Assembly: GCF_037042905.1 (NCBI RefSeq)
Contig: NC_087246.1
Location: 57,164,001 to 57,228,000 of the forward strand
Source: Lytechinus pictus
Taxonomy: Eukaryota
Length of the DNA: 64,000 bases
Direction: 5' to 3'
Part shown: positions 1 through 13,768 of the stretch, in pieces
Layout: every line of letters begins with the position of its first letter
Numbering within the stretch: position 1 is the stretch's first letter
Program-made: the position numbers and the translations under genes
Notes under the pieces: model-generated
Database searches by the model: none
What the model was told of the DNA's origin: nothing
Seen by the model: only the letters and a program-made list of their open reading frames with translations

Positions 1-541
1 TTTCATTTGTTTACAATAAAGCCCATAATTTTAAATGGAATAGCAATATATTCCAAGAAATAATGTAGACAACCTCTGCACCTGTCGAGACTAAATTCTC
101 ATTTCTAAACAATTCTTAATTGAAAAAATAGTTAGTTTTTGGTCCAGTTTCTTCCGACTATCACCGTAACTTTTATAATCATTTAAAAAAATATCTATTA
201 CCAAGGTTCTCTTTGATGTTGAGGTTGATTATGATAACAAATTAAAAAAGAATGCGCTTAGTAAAGAGAGGTTTTAAAATTTTCGTCTAGCTCACCAAGA
301 GCAACGCATGATGAAAAGAAAAGAAAATAAAATTGAGTTCTAAACCAAGTTGACAAAATATACTGGGAAACTTACAGGCTCCTAGTTCAATTCAGAAACA
401 CAATCATTAGCATCGCATCATTCGCATGGTGCTCTGTGTCACCTAAAGGTCTCGAATAGCGTGTATCGATAGCACCAACACCAAATTTCAGTTTATACCA
501 AAAAATATATCCATCGAGTGACATTCGATCAAATAAATTTG

Positions 542-997
542 CTGTACACATGCGTGACCCCAAAAAACGCGTTAATAGGGGTGTTTTTTTCAGTTTTGGA
601 CACGGGCCGCGCGTGCACTCGTTTAGCAGTTTAAGGTATCAAAACATCGATTTAAAAAAAAGGGTGGTTTTGAAATACTGGTCAATGGTCAATCACGGGA
701 TCAAACGTATTTAGGTAATGTTTTTACGTGTTTAGGGTATGTTTTTTTCCACAAGCTTTTTTTCCCGAGGCTTTTTCCTCCTCGTTCTGAAAAGTGTTCA
801 GGCCCGAGACAAAACTTGTTTAGGGGTGATATTCTGGCGACAACTTGGTTAGGGGCCAACATGTGTAAATGAAGCCCGCGAAAAACTTGTTTAGGGGGTT
901 ATTTTGCACACAGAGAAAAACTCGTTTAGGGGGTGTTTGGAAATAATTTGGTCACGAATGTGTACAGAATACAATTGACTGCCCCCCAACCCCCGGG
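542..997. mobile_element. Related CCCGGG-ended element, left end truncated
   Basis: CTGTACACATGCGTGACC / GGTCACGAATGTGTACAG inverted repeat, repeated GTTTAGGGG motifs, right end CCCCGGG. Confidence 0.7.
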
Positions 998-2460
998 TAA
1001 ATAGCAGCCTAAACACCCACATTAAAACTCAAGGGAAAAATAGAACATCAAAAGGGTGCAACTTGGCACATTTCTGGTGCACCTTCATATATGGTGCTTC
1101 TAGTGTAGGTGGCATTGCTAAAGATGCTTAAAATGAACATATCTAAATTTCTAAGAGCGCAGTACAAAGTGTAACAACACCGAACTTGAAACCGGATGGT
1201 ATTTAGTGTTCATATTCTTACGTGTGTATCGTATGGGTAGTCCTTGAAGTCGAATGCACATGATGCTTCAATAGCCATAGGCGGTAGATAGAACACGGTA
1301 CCAGTGTTGTACACTAGAACTGCAATATCATCCGAAAGCATCTCATTTGGTGAATGGCTGGAGGAAACACAAGTTCTAAACTATGAATTGCGTAATCATT
1401 GATCGTCATGACGTGCCTATTTGGGAGTATTCCTACACAATTTTGCCTCCTTTTCTCCTTCCTCCTCTTTTCATCTTCTCGTGTAATCATTAATTCATGG
1501 ATATACCTGGTTTTATATAGATCTTAATCATAGCTTTAATTTCAGTTGGTGTTTTTAAAGTTATGTCATATTCCCAATAAATTTAATTGTAATCAAATTA
1601 CTTCATGTACTTAGGTAGCTGCTGCTCCTGTTTCTTTGTGTGACATTTTCTTTTGTTTATTGCTTGCATAAAGTTGCGCAAAGCCAAACATTATACTGCA
1701 ATCGTTGAAATGAAAATAAACTAAATGAAATAATAAGGTAGATGTGTATTGAATATCTGTTGTTGTTTATTTTTTATGTTAATATTTTAATGTTGTTTAT
1801 TTTTAATGTTAAACAGTAAATTTTGTCTCCATGGTATCGCCCCCGGTAAAAATTGTATACGACCATGCCCTGTACATAGGCGGGCTCAAGAGAAGGGCTT
1901 TAGACTGTTATGTTTTTTCTTGTTCTGCAAAAAGCAAATTATCATGTCATTATAATTGGTTCTTTGGTGATCTAACAATCGATTCTCTGTCATTCATCAT
2001 CAATTTAACTAATTAATTACCTACCTGTTGTAGAGGGATATGTCTGGCTTGAAGACCTCGGAAGAATGAACGCGCAAGATAGAAGTGTTTCCAAATTGCT
2101 CCGGATCCCACTCCAGACGTGAATCTTGCCATAACTGTGCAAAAATATTTGTAGCGGTTAACAATGAATTCCCGAATATATTCAGAAGGCTAAAAATTAA
2201 TATAGGGATTTTGTAATAAATTGATCTGTAATTTATTTCAAATTTCAGTTACAAAATGGGAATTATTGACCAATCTTAATCAGCGCAAATCATTCCATAT
2301 TTTCTGTTACCAATACAATGTGCCCTAAACAGAAAAGGGAAACCCATATTATTAAATATGTTTTAATTAAGTTCATTTTGACACTTATAATAAGTGTCAA
2401 AGAGTGGAAGAGTGGAAACTCTTCTTGGTTTGAGACCAAGTACTAAGCATTTCGTTCATA

Positions 2461-2714
2461 CGGAGCCCGCCAGGTGACATGAGGAGAAAAAAATCTCCGT
2501 CATTATTTCGTTCCCATGAAATATTATTTCGTGGCCACGCAATATTATTTCGTTCCCACGAAATACTATTTCGTGGCCACGCAATATTATTTCGTTCCCT
2601 CGAAATATTATTTTGTGGGAACGAAATAATATTGCGTGGCCACGAAATAGTATTTCGTGGGAACGAAATAATGTACGGAGAATTTTTTCTCCTCATGTCA
2701 CCTGGCGGGCTCCG
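2461..2714. mobile_element. Foldback-like MITE with about 57-bp TIRs, TA TSD and internal 21-bp tandem units
   Basis: TA|CGGAGCCCGCCAGGTGACATGAGGAGAAAAAA ... TTTTTTCTCCTCATGTCACCTGGCGGGCTCCG|TA. Interior alternates ATTATTTCGTTCCCACGAAAT and ATTATTTCGTGGCCACGCAAT. Confidence 0.9.
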
Positions 2715-4045
2715 TAGAATCTGAATCAACTCTCACTTAGAGAATACAAAAGGGATGAGCCATTAGGTTCAATTTATATCTTAAATAAATCTTGTACATT
2801 TTATTGTACAAAATCTGTCTTCCTACTCATTAGTGCGTGAAGTATTGATATTGTACCAATACATATTATCCTGTATCAAAATACAGGGTAAACTGAATTT
2901 TATAATGGTGTAAATGCAATATCAAAATAAATATGCCAGTGAAGAAAAACATATCTGTGAACCCCTATTTTATTTTTATAGGACGCACTGTACAAAGACC
3001 TACATGTAGATCTTTCCAGTTATGAATTGTTAAAATCAAATATGAAAACAAATAGATAATCGAATGAAGGCAGATCCAGGGAGCCAAAGCGGCCGCATAC
3101 ATACTTAATAAGAGATCCTCTTTTTATGCAATATAAAAACAAAAATCCGTTCTCGCTTCAAGTTTTCATTACTTTGTTTAGTGAGAGACACGCCCAGTTC
3201 ATGGCTACAAGTGCTTAAATGTACCTTTTTTCCGTCAAAATATCAAACATTAAGGATCACATTATATCTATTAGATTAATAAAACTGTTCACAAATTCCC
3301 TAAAACAGTTCTTACAATGTTTCTTTACGGGTCTGTATAGTAAACGTTTTCAGTTCGCGCTTCGCGCTCACATAATGATTGATGAGATATGAGCTCTTTT
3401 GATTAATGAATTCTTGCAAACAGTATCAAAATAACACCAAATATATTTACTGATTCTTGTTGATTCGATTTTTTATTTTAAACCAGGAAAACACTTCCCG
3501 TTTGATACGTCATATATCTGTGCTCATGCAATGGTCTGTATAGCAATCTGAGTATAAAAGCAGACTAACAACGATTGTGTAAATTTCTTATATGTATTTC
3601 ATTAATTTGATGATCTGTTTATCAAGAAAAAATGAAATATTCAACCTTTTCCATAAATAAGTTTGATGAAAATATTCGTTTATGTTATTTTCTTACCATT
3701 TTTAGCCACACATTCATTTTTATGATCCCTTGAGAAAAATCCTGAAATGAAAGGCGGGAAATGGATAAGAATGAATAAAACAACTAACACAGTAATCTGA
3801 AAACGTCATAACAACATTGTGCATATTCAATGATTGTTTCATAACAGAATGAACGTGATAAATATAATCCGGAACCTCTGCGTGTGATGGTATAAAAAAA
3901 AACATGTAGCCTAAAGATTTAAACCAAGTGTTAGTCCACATATTAGAACCCAATTTTTCAGAGTGTAAGATCGCACAGATGTAATCATTCTGTACATGTA
4001 TTATGCAGGCTTTTATATGATATGATATAAAAGTGCAATTTTAGT

Positions 4046-5150
4046 TTCAGTTTCAATTTTATTTTTTCCCATTTCCAACAGAACAGTATACAAATACATA
4101 AACATACAATTATGATAAAAAATGGTGGTATAAACCAACACGTAACGCAATACATTTGAAACCTGGATGGATCATAAAAAAATATTTTGTAACTGAAAAT
4201 AACATATTGGAAATGGAGAGGTCCACTGTGAAGCTATGCTTGTAAATCGTGGACCACTCGAATGAAATTATTCAATAATAGTCAATATTTGATTACATAA
4301 TTAGAATAATGATTGAAGCCAACAGAGAGAAAAGGAAAAATAAAAAATGAAAGCAATAACATAATACATGAAATGAGCAATGTACAAAAAATAACGAGGA
4401 GAGACGATGAAGAGAACATAATTTCTGCGTGTGGACTGAAATAAGAAAATGTATCACATGTGGTGTATAACAAGTATATGAAGTTAACGCGCAAGGGAAT
4501 TAAGCGGGTCAAAGATTATGCCTGGTTGAGGAGTGGTGATGAGTTCTTTGGATATCAACTTTAATAAACAATAAATTAAAGTAATAGAGATAGTAGTAAT
4601 GATATTGATAATCATAAATACCAAAACTAATAACTGTAATAAAATAACAATATTAGTAATAACAGTATTAACAATAATAACAGTAAAAAGTATTGATAAG
4701 AAAAGAAGAGACAGTCTAATTACAACAAAGAAAGCTAGGTTTTATACGGAGTCAATAAAGAGTTTTTGAGTTTTCTCTTGAAGACTACGAGTGAAGGGAA
4801 ATTTTTCATATCAATGCGCAAAGTATTCCAAAATTTAGGACCTTAAAAATGAATGTATTTTGTGCGGAAAGTGTTCTCAGAAAGGGCAAATGAAATTCTT
4901 CCAACTGTCTTATGGGATAATTATGAATAGTATGATTTGTTTCTAAACAAGTCATGAAGAGCAAAAGGAATGGCACCAGAATTTGATTTATTCATAAATT
5001 GTCCAAGATGAAACAATTAGAGATCGTTAACTTTGAGGATATTAAGTTCATTAAAAAGTGGATCAGAACGGGCACGAAACGGAGCATTGCAGATTATATC
5101 AGTGGGTATAGGTTCAAACATCTTCTTTAGCGAAGAACAGCAAATTCTGA
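4046..5150 (-). mobile_element. Degraded 3' end of a CR1-group LINE (ORF2 C-terminus plus AT-rich 3' UTR)
   Basis: Minus-strand fragments IICNAPFRARSDPLFNELNILKVNDL*LFHLGQFM and GPKFWNTLRIDMKNFPSLVVFKRKLK match the typical CR1/L2 post-RT region. Internal stop present; AATAAA with a TGAAAC-repeat tail near 4046-4065. Confidence 0.7.
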
Positions 5151-5381
5151 TGAAAGACCGACTAATTTACAACTTTTTAATGTTTATCAACCGAAAAAGG
5201 GACCCCGGAACCAGGGAGGGGGGGGGGGGACTTGGTGAATAAGGCTTTAACCTCCATCTCTCTTTTTTTATAAACGTGTACAAAAATGTGAAAATTACAA
5301 TCTGATTGTTTTCTGCATGATTAGCACCCCCTCCACTTTCACAACAGTTACACTCCCTTGTAAATACACATGCAACCAAAT

Positions 5382-5595
5382 CAGGGGCGGATCGTCATTA
5401 ATAGGTGGAGTACAGTTATTAGTCGATAGATTTTTGTAGAATTGTTTGGACAAGCAAAATGAACAAACGATTCTTACAATTTGCGAGGGGGATTCCCCTA
5501 AATCGAATAACTTTCATGCTTGACAATATACATCGATATTGTCACAGGGCACTTCAATTGCCCCTATGCCCCCCCCCCCCCCGGATCCGCGCCTG
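5382..5595. mobile_element. Degenerate hAT-like MITE (CAGGGGCGGATC ... GGATCCGCGCCTG)
   Basis: Imperfect TIRs; flanks AACCAAAT and AACCAATA resemble an eroded 8-bp TSD. Related GCGGATCC/CGCGCTTCGCGCTC-bearing relics lie near 3070-3480 and 12228-12810. Confidence 0.5.
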
Positions 5596-5959
5596 AACCA
5601 ATAATAACTTACCACTTCTTTCAAGCATGCTAAGGACATTTGCAGACTGAGATCCAGACTTTCTTCATGGGAGGGTAGAAGACTCTTGTCATAGCCAGTA
5701 AATAGAGTGTCTTTCAAGCGCTTCTCAACTGCGAAATACCAGGAAAATTTAAAAGAGAAATCGAGAATCAGATTAGCGTAATTTAAGGAAAATATTCCTC
5801 TCAGTCCAGGGCAAAATCACACATTCAAACTGTTTTCAATAAAATAAGATAGTTGGGTGGCTGTGCGCCTGTGCGTGTGTATATGTGGGAGGCCTTGGTG
5901 GGAGGTCATTAACGTCAATCGTATAAGGATTTTATTAATAATGATTAAAAAGTATACGA

Positions 5960-6068
5960 TAATCATGAAGATGATGATGGTGATGATGATAATGATAAAA
6001 TGAATAATAATAATAACAATAATAATGATGATGATGATGATAGTAATCATTATACTAATAATAATGAA
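5960..6068. repeat. (GAT/AAT)n compound microsatellite
   Basis: Direct reading; similar tracts at 47282-47435 and 50315-50369. Confidence 0.85.
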
Positions 6069-6381
6069 TTATAAATATCAGTGATATCAAACATTAGATT
6101 TCGTCTATTTGGAATAACCATCGAGGAATTTTTATTCTGAAAAACGCTATATCGCGAAAAAGGTAAACCCAAATCCACCTATAATGCTCTCAAACTAAAT
6201 TATAGATGTACAGATAACATTTTTAATAAACTTTTAAAAATCCATAACTTTGTTATCAAATAAAAAGTTTCTAAAATTTTGTACAAAGTTTCCCGTTCGT
6301 GTATCTGTTAATCCGTATCAAATGTTCGAGTCTTATACGAATGATAATTCCCACTTTTATGCCGATAACCTACCTCTTGTA

Positions 6382-6621
6382 CACTGCAAAAACTCCGGTG
6401 TTGATTTAACACCAGCTCGGAATATATTGTCCACACCAGAGAAGTATTGAAACAACACCAGTTTGGAATCAAACCGATGCTGTTTTATAACTAATCGGTG
6501 TTGTATAAACACCTATCTGGTGTTAGACTAATACCAAAACCGGTGTTGTTTAACACTTCTCTGGTGTGGACATATATAGATTCCGGGCTGGTGTTAAATC
6601 AACACCGGAGTTTTTGCAGTG
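6382..6621. mobile_element. CACTG-ended MITE (CACTA/EnSpm-like), copy 1
   Basis: TA|CACTGCAAAAACTCCGGTGTTGATTTAACACCAGC ... GCTGGTGTTAAATCAACACCGGAGTTTTTGCAGTG|TA, with many internal AACACC motifs. Confidence 0.88.
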
Positions 6622-7044
6622 TACCCCCTACAGTTGGGACATATATATACATGGGCGGGAATGTACTATGTCAAGGATTATAACTCACCCGGATTAGCTA
6701 TTGTCTCTCCAAACATACAAATGAAACACAGCAAATACAATCCCAGTAACACCTTCATGGCGGAAATTATTCTGAGAACAAAATATAAACAATTATTGCA
6801 CTGTGAGTTTCATTAACACTGATCCATATAGTACCTATCGTAAATGAAATGAAATCATGGACCTATCCGCGGAGGATTATTCTATTGTTACTAATTTTGA
6901 ATGCAAAACGCTATTTCATTTTTCTCTTAAAGATCAGAATCCCACGAAGAGTCTGTTGACGAAAAATAACAATTTATGGGCTTTCTTTAGTTGATTACAG
7001 CAAAATCTCGATTTTATATTTACATAATTAGCGTAATTAATTAG

Positions 7045-7432
7045 GGTAAATTGCCAATTCGTCTACTGCCAACTCATCCACTCACCACAATCTATGTTCA
7101 TTTCATTTAGTCTAATGCAATTTCGTCCATATTTCGTCTAACAACCATTTGGTTCAATCATCACTTCGGCTAATCACCATTTCGTCTATGACAATTTCGT
7201 TTCATAACCAGTTGGTCTAATATCCATTTCATTTTGCACAATCAACAATTAGTCCAATTAGACCAAATGGTTATGGAATCAATGGCTATTGGACCAACTG
7301 GTTATTAGACGAAATGGTGAGTGGGCGAATTTGCAATTAGACCATGTGGATAGCGGACGAACTGATGATAGACCAAATGATAATAGAGTAGGCAATTGGA
7401 CGAATTGGCATTAGACGAATTAATAATAAACT
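7045..7432. mobile_element. Mutator-like MITE, copy 1 (9-bp TSD ATTAATTAG)
   Basis: GGTAAATTGCCAATTCGTCTA ... TAGACGAATT...AATAAAC termini; TTCGTCTA/TAGACGAA repeats in inverted arms; ATTAATTAG at 7036-7044 and 7433-7441. Confidence 0.8.
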
Positions 7433-7679
7433 ATTAATTAGTAATGAAATCTTATCAGAATATTTCCAGTTTTGTGGCTAATATGCAGATAAATTTTCTT
7501 CGCGATCGCGAGGTCAAAGGCCGAAATCTTGGGGGCGTTTAGAGAGAAAATGATATTGAACAAAGTTTTTAAAAGAAAGAAAGAATGATCCGACCAACCT
7601 AAAGAGGAGAAGGAATTTGGAATTGAAATACAAATGCTTAAGGTTGCGTTCAGAAGCATCCATAAGTATCCATATTAAG

Positions 7680-7864
7680 CAGGGGCCGCGGAACCGGGGG
7701 GGGGGCTGGGGGGGGGGGGCTTCAGCCCCCCCCCCCACTTTTTTCCAAAACCGTGTACAAAAACGTAAAAATGACCATATGATTGTGATTTTTAGCATGG
7801 TCAGCCCCCCACTTTTGGCTCAGCCCCCCCCCCCCCCACTTTGAAAACAGTACCGCGGCCCCTG
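7680..7864. mobile_element. Short GC-rich MITE with poly-G/poly-C arms (degenerate relative at about 5197-5350)
   Basis: TIR CAGGGGCCGCGG/CCGCGGCCCCTG flanked by a TTAAG direct repeat. Confidence 0.8.
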
Positions 7865-8562
7865 TTAAGTAAGTGTGAAAAGTAAATACAATTTCTTGCA
7901 TTCCAAGTAGGCCTATACATTTTCCTAAACATGGAAAGTAAAACAAGGAAACTTCTTGTTTCCTTGTTGCCATAGAGATATTGGGTCACAAAGGTTATTG
8001 TCAAAAGATCAGAAGTCATGGGGCGGATAGGCTTGTTTGACCATGGACCTACTAGATATCGAGTGGGTCCATGGTTTGGATAACACACTTGTTCTCCGAT
8101 TATTCAGGTCACGTTACCCCCCTCCCCCCACCCCTAATCCTTGGGAATGGAATGCATTAGGCTAAAATCTCTTTGAAATTGGATGATATTTCTTAAGGTC
8201 CCTTGAAGTTGAGGAAAATGGCCCTTTTGAAAGGGAGACTTTACAAGCACAGAATACCGATAGGTTATTCATCGAATTTTGATAAGAAGTAACGAAAACG
8301 GGAACGAAAATAAGTTTTGATCGCTCACACACACCCACACACAACTCACGCACCCTTTTTTCAAATGTTTTATCGACCTCATCAATAGAAAATTACCAAT
8401 ACATTAATTATTTCTCTCATAAAACTATTCATCTCTAAACATAACACATACATACAACCACCCACACCATCACCCTCAGGAACGCCCACACATAATACTT
8501 TTAATCACTACCAAACGCAATCGAGGGGAAAACAAAAATCGAGCAGAAAGGCGATGTTAAAT

Positions 8563-9127
8563 CCCGGGGGGGGGGGCACTTACATTGACGAGTGGATACC
8601 ATGCGCGACCAAAAAACACGTAAAAAAGGGTGTCTTTTTCAAGATAGGGCACGTTAAGTACGTACCGTAATAAGGGTGTCAAAAACACTAAAATAATGAA
8701 AAAAGGGTATCTATTTTCGCTAGAAGAGCTACGTGTTTAGGGTCAAATTTGCGAGGGTATAGTAAATTAGGACTAATATGTTAAAGGATGTACTTTTTGC
8801 CCCAATAGTCAACACTACGTGTTTAGAGTATCATTTACGCGAGGTGTGGGAGGTGGGACCGTACTAAACCCATTGATGTAGTTAAAGGTAAAACCGACGT
8901 CCGTGATATAACAATTAAAATATCGATGTACTTGTTTAGGGGTTTAATTCAGGGAATACTCGCCAAGAGTATAATTTTGTTTCCAATACTTGTTAAGGGT
9001 AGGGTTTCACACGCCAATACTTGCTAAGGGGTGCATTTTCAGAATATGGAAAATACGTGTTTAGGGTGCTTTTTGAGACCCCATGGTCGCGCATGGTATC
9101 CACTCGTCAATGGAAGTGGGCACCGGG
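8563..9127. mobile_element. Non-autonomous DNA transposon with CCCGG termini and 8-bp TSD TGTTAAAT
   Basis: TIR core CACTTACATTGACGAGTGGATACCATGCGCGACCA / TGGTCGCGCATGGTATCCACTCGTCAATGGAAGTG; TGTTAAAT at 8555-8562 and 9128-9135; internal GTTTAGGG repeats. Confidence 0.88.
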
Positions 9128-10058
9128 TGTTAAATACACCTCTACAATGAGACAAGAAAAAAATAAGACAAAATATATTACATGACACCGATCAACCACT
9201 TCAGATTGTGACATGATTGCATCGATTCATCTTTATTATATGAATCCGTAATATTTTATTGCGAATCAGTTATTTCAAATAACCATTTTCGTTTTTGTGT
9301 GTCAAGATGCAATTTCTTTTTCTTCATTTTAGTAGGTTAAAACGAAAACAGGTTGATGAACGGTTGTTGCATATACAATACATACATTCCATGTTAATGT
9401 CAGCTGAAGTTTCCAGTAAAAACATAACTGAGAAATAAAAAATAAATTATTGAAAAATAATACCTTACCAAACACCATGAAACTTTGTAAAACATAGCTT
9501 CTGAAACAAACTTACTGCGATCCGAAAACTTGGTACTTGTAGAAAAAAAAAGCGATGTGAACATCAAAGACTCTCCAACACTGTCAGCGATTGACTAGCG
9601 AGTATTATTTCTGTGTGGCTTCGAGAATTGTCAGCGTCCAATATATAAAGAAGTAACCTAACATCTCTGCCAGAGGGGGCATTCACATCAATCAACTTTT
9701 CTAGGAAATACTGCTAAAACGATAACAGTTGATGTGTGAACGCAGTGGTTGTAGCAAACAGGAGAGGGCCGTTAAGGGTGTGGGTGATTTCTTTTCTATT
9801 CACCAAGCCAGATCTCATTTTCTGTAAAGGAGATCCAGAAATAGGCCTAAAGGTCTAGGTTTAAGATATTTCTGGGGCGGCTCCGGTGTCGATTTTCATT
9901 TTTTTACATTCAAATTTCAGACCCCAAAACTTGACAATTCAAGCCCGTTTTTAATAAGACCATTGTATTTAGAGCGCGAGCTGATTTTTTTTTATACAAG
10001 TAATCCTAAAACAGGACATTCAAAGCAATGTAACCATGAACAGGATGGGCATATATCT

Positions 10059-10933
10059 AAACAAGTAGAGCTCCTCTGACAGTCTCGCCTGCATTACACG
10101 ATTCAATATAGCAGCAGTGCTGACTTTGAAAACGACCATAGAATAGTTATTCACAAAATAAGGATATATACTAGTTCATTGTCCCTAAATGATATTTGAC
10201 TTTGATTGTGTGACCGAAGACTTGTGTAAGACGATCAGTGATACTTGATTACCTGATATGTCAACATTTCATGAACTAAATCCATAAACTTTCAAAGTTA
10301 TGATAGCAATTCAACAAATACCCCCAACACGACCAAAGTTCATTGACCTTGATCATGTGACCTGAAACTCACGCAGGATGTTCACTGATGCTTGATTATT
10401 CTTAAGCCCAAGATTCATGAACTAGCTCCATATACTTTCAAAGTTATTACATTTCAAAAACTTAACCTTGGTTAAGATTTCGTTTCCATTCCCCCAACAT
10501 AATCTAAGTTCATTGACCTAAATGATCTTTGACCTTGGTCATGTGACCTGAAACTCACAAAAGATGTTTAGTGATACTTGATTAGTCTTATGTTTAAGTT
10601 TCATGAACTAGGTCTATATAATTTCTAAGTTATGACTACATTTCCAAAACTAAACCTTAGACTAAGATTTTAATGTTGATTCCCCCAACATGGTCTAAGT
10701 TCATTGACCCTAAATTACCTTTGACCTTGGTCATGTTATCTGAAACTATGGCAGAGTGTTCAGTAATACTTGACATGTCAAAGTTTCATGAACTAGGCCC
10801 ATATACTTTTTATAAGTTATGATGACATTTCAAAAACTTGACCTTAGGTTAAGATTTGATGTTGACGCCGTCGCCGCCGCCGTCGGAAAAGCGGCGCCTA
10901 TGGTCTCGCTCTGCTATGCAGGCGATACAAAAA
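10059..10933. mobile_element. Non-autonomous Helentron-like element (HINE) with about four internal 165-190 bp tandem units
   Basis: Subterminal inverted repeats GTCTCGCCTGCAT (10082-10094) and ATGCAGGCGATAC (10916-10928), terminal hairpin, A-rich flanks without a TSD; units start GTTCATTG at about 10174, 10338, 10508 and 10699. Confidence 0.72.
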
Positions 10934-11149
10934 TAGTTTTAAAATGTTTAAAAACTCATCCAAACAGACGGATTTCTGCTGTCTAACTTACAAGTTAGGC
11001 CTAAATAGCTGTAGTGTTCGGTTAGCCTAATGTTTATAATAAGTTTGGTAGCTGTTCCATAGACTATTTTGGAGACTTAACGTTAGGCTTGGCGTTGATT
11101 CATTAAGGAAGTGAATCTGTATCTCATTCGAAAGAATAAATCCACTTTT

Positions 11150-11298
11150 GTTCTTGATTGAGTTGAAGGTCCTCTCCGAAGGACCTGGTAATGAGGATTA
11201 ATGCCTTACCAAAGGGCACTATAGCGCACCAAGTGGGAATCGAACCCGGTTCACCGGAATACGAATCCCCGCTCTACCGACTGAGCTATCGCGCCTCC
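11150..11298 (-). mobile_element. tRNA-derived SINE, 5' part
   Basis: GGAGGCGCGATAGCTCAGTCGGTAGAGC (A-box) and GGTTCGATTCC (B-box), followed by GTGCCCTTTGGTAAGGCATTAATCC, similar to the 13.8-14.1 kb SINE. Confidence 0.7.
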
Positions 11299-13768
11299 TT
11301 CTTTGAAACACTAATATCACCTTGTTGTTTACTCGAAAGGTGTCTTCCCCCTTTCATTATTTTTATTTCAAAATCAATGAAGTTCTCAATACAAAATCTA
11401 AAAATGTCTTTTTATCGAATAATCTCGAGAAAAAAAAACATGCATCATGATTATAGTCATGCAGGAAAAAGATCAACTCAGTGTAATAAAGCATTTTTTT
11501 TTTCTCGTGAAGCGAATTTACGTGTAAACTAGTGTCATTTCGATGATTGATCATGTCATGTTAAATAAGTGAGATAGAAAAGATAGGGCATATGGCCTGC
11601 AGGAATAGGGGTGGGAACGATCTCATGTATAGAATGGAGAAGCACCCCTATTGGACATCAAAGGTACGGTATACCGGTGCGGCCCAATAAAACGATATTA
11701 ACCAATTCTTACAATTCAAAGACCGTGTATCACCATTGATCACAACCATAAATCATTTTTTATTCATACTATTGTATCTCTACAGCCTTAATTTATGCCG
11801 GTTCTTGTGTATCATTTCTTTCTCTCTTTAAAACCAACTCCGATCGCGAACGCATCTGAACACGTCGTTCTCAGCTGGAGTATTTTATGAAATATTTCTT
11901 TTGACGGTTTTTCATTGGTCTTTCATTGGTCTCAATGCTGCCCTGCGGTATAGAGAGGTCAAAAAGGACTGTAAGAGCTTGAGAGTTCATCCCTTATGTG
12001 ACAATCCGTAATCGGACATAGGAAAGCAATTAACTTTCAAGTTTCGCTCATCAAAGAAAAAAAAAACACTGCACACGAGAAAACGAGTAAATAACAGCTT
12101 CTTTCCGGTATAAGGTGGAAAGAAAGACATGATAATATCCTTCCATTTTCACAAGGCTGCTTTTTGATAATGTGACCATTCTTATTATTATCTATATAGA
12201 GTGTTTATAATGGCACCTTGATACATAAGCGGATCCAGGAGGCCAGATTAGCGCCCCCCCCCAAAAAAAAAAAAATGGGGGGAGTAAAAGCGGGGGAAAG
12301 AGAATGGGAGAAAGAAGAGGAGAGAAGGGAGGAAACTATAAGAGGAAAAAGAAAAGTAAATAAAAGGAATGGGATAATTCGAAAATAATTATTCACAGCA
12401 AAATTCAGGTCGGTATACCAAACTGAAAATTTAGTTCTCGCATTGCCTTTCGTGAGATAAGGCTGTTCATCAAGATAACATGTGGCTTAACATCTTGTCT
12501 TCAACTCAACATTAATATGCACAAAAAGTCCTTAGAATGCCAAGTTTCTCATGTCGTAAAATAAAAAAAAAATCAACTTTTGCTTCGCGCTCGCATTATT
12601 TGTTTGGTGAGATATGTATCTTGTTCATAGTCACTGCAAGTCACTGCATGGTCAGTACATAAACAAAAAAAATCAGCTCGCCATTAACTGTTATTTTATT
12701 TGGACCTAGGCATCTTGTTCATGACTACAAAAACGGCTTAGAATGTTCAATTTTCAGGTCCGAATACATGAAATATCAAAACATTTGTGCTCGCGCTTCG
12801 CGCTCTTATTGTTAATTCATGCATAATGATAAGATAATACCCAATATTTATCACGAACTTTTCCCAATTTCAGTTTACCTGATTCATACAAAACAAATAC
12901 AGAATGACATACATAAAAATGAAGGCAGTCGCCTAGAACAAAAATTATTCAATTGTTGGGATAGTCTTAATGTGAGAGGAAATTTGTTCCATTCCATTGA
13001 GGATGCAATAATGAAGTTCTATCCCCGGTCTATTTTCGTTTGGTTAAATATGTTAATTTAAGAGGGTCTTCAGAGGATCTAGTTCCTCTACCTGGGACAA
13101 AAAATTCTAAACAATCAGACAAATATTTTGGGGCTATGTTATTAGGTGATTTGTATTACCCAAAAAAAGTAGCGTTAGAAAAAAAGATCCGTTGTCTAAT
13201 AGGGAGCCAGTGTAAATTATGTAACAGGGTTTAGGAAGTCTGTCAAGGCGGACATCGAAAAGCAAGACTAGCGGTCCAATTCTGGAGTCAAAGACGATTT
13301 AAGTGGGCCGCTATTACAGAAGAAAGAAGACCTTTACAGAAATCAAGACGAGAAAGGATAAGGGAGCGTATGACATAGTTAGCAGTTGACTGATCAATAA
13401 ACTTACGAATTCTAGTTATGTTCCTCAAATGATATGTGACAATACAACAAACAGTAGAAATAGTATATGTTTATCAAAATATAAACCTAGGTGCTTAATT
13501 TTTCCGAAGCATTAATACTGAGATCACTAAATGATATGATATATTTTATCTTATCTTGAGCTAAGACGTACTTCAGACTCTAATGGGGACTACCCCCTAT
13601 TTTTTTTAATCAGCTTTTTGCAGCCGAACGGGAAAAAATTGGAAGAAAATTTATATGCTTCCACCGTCAGTGTCATAAACGGGCTACTGTCAACAAAACG
13701 TTGGCAGAAGTGACATTTTTGTTGAATCAATGTGTGTAATTCAGTTTCATCATATTTTTTTATCGAAT

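Noticed and set aside
2397-2729. Repetitive ORFs (RNNISWE / HEILFRG repeats) and CRISPR-like periodicity
   Set aside because: These are translations of the MITE's 21-bp units; there are no unique spacers or cas genes, and the context is eukaryotic.
11225-11298. Possible tRNA genes here, at 14045-14119 and at 34430-34502
   Set aside because: A/B boxes are present but there is no complete cloverleaf, and each continues into a SINE body.
13200-13380. Possible RTE-type LINE C-terminal relic
   Set aside because: Only a vague resemblance, with stops; not supportable without a search.
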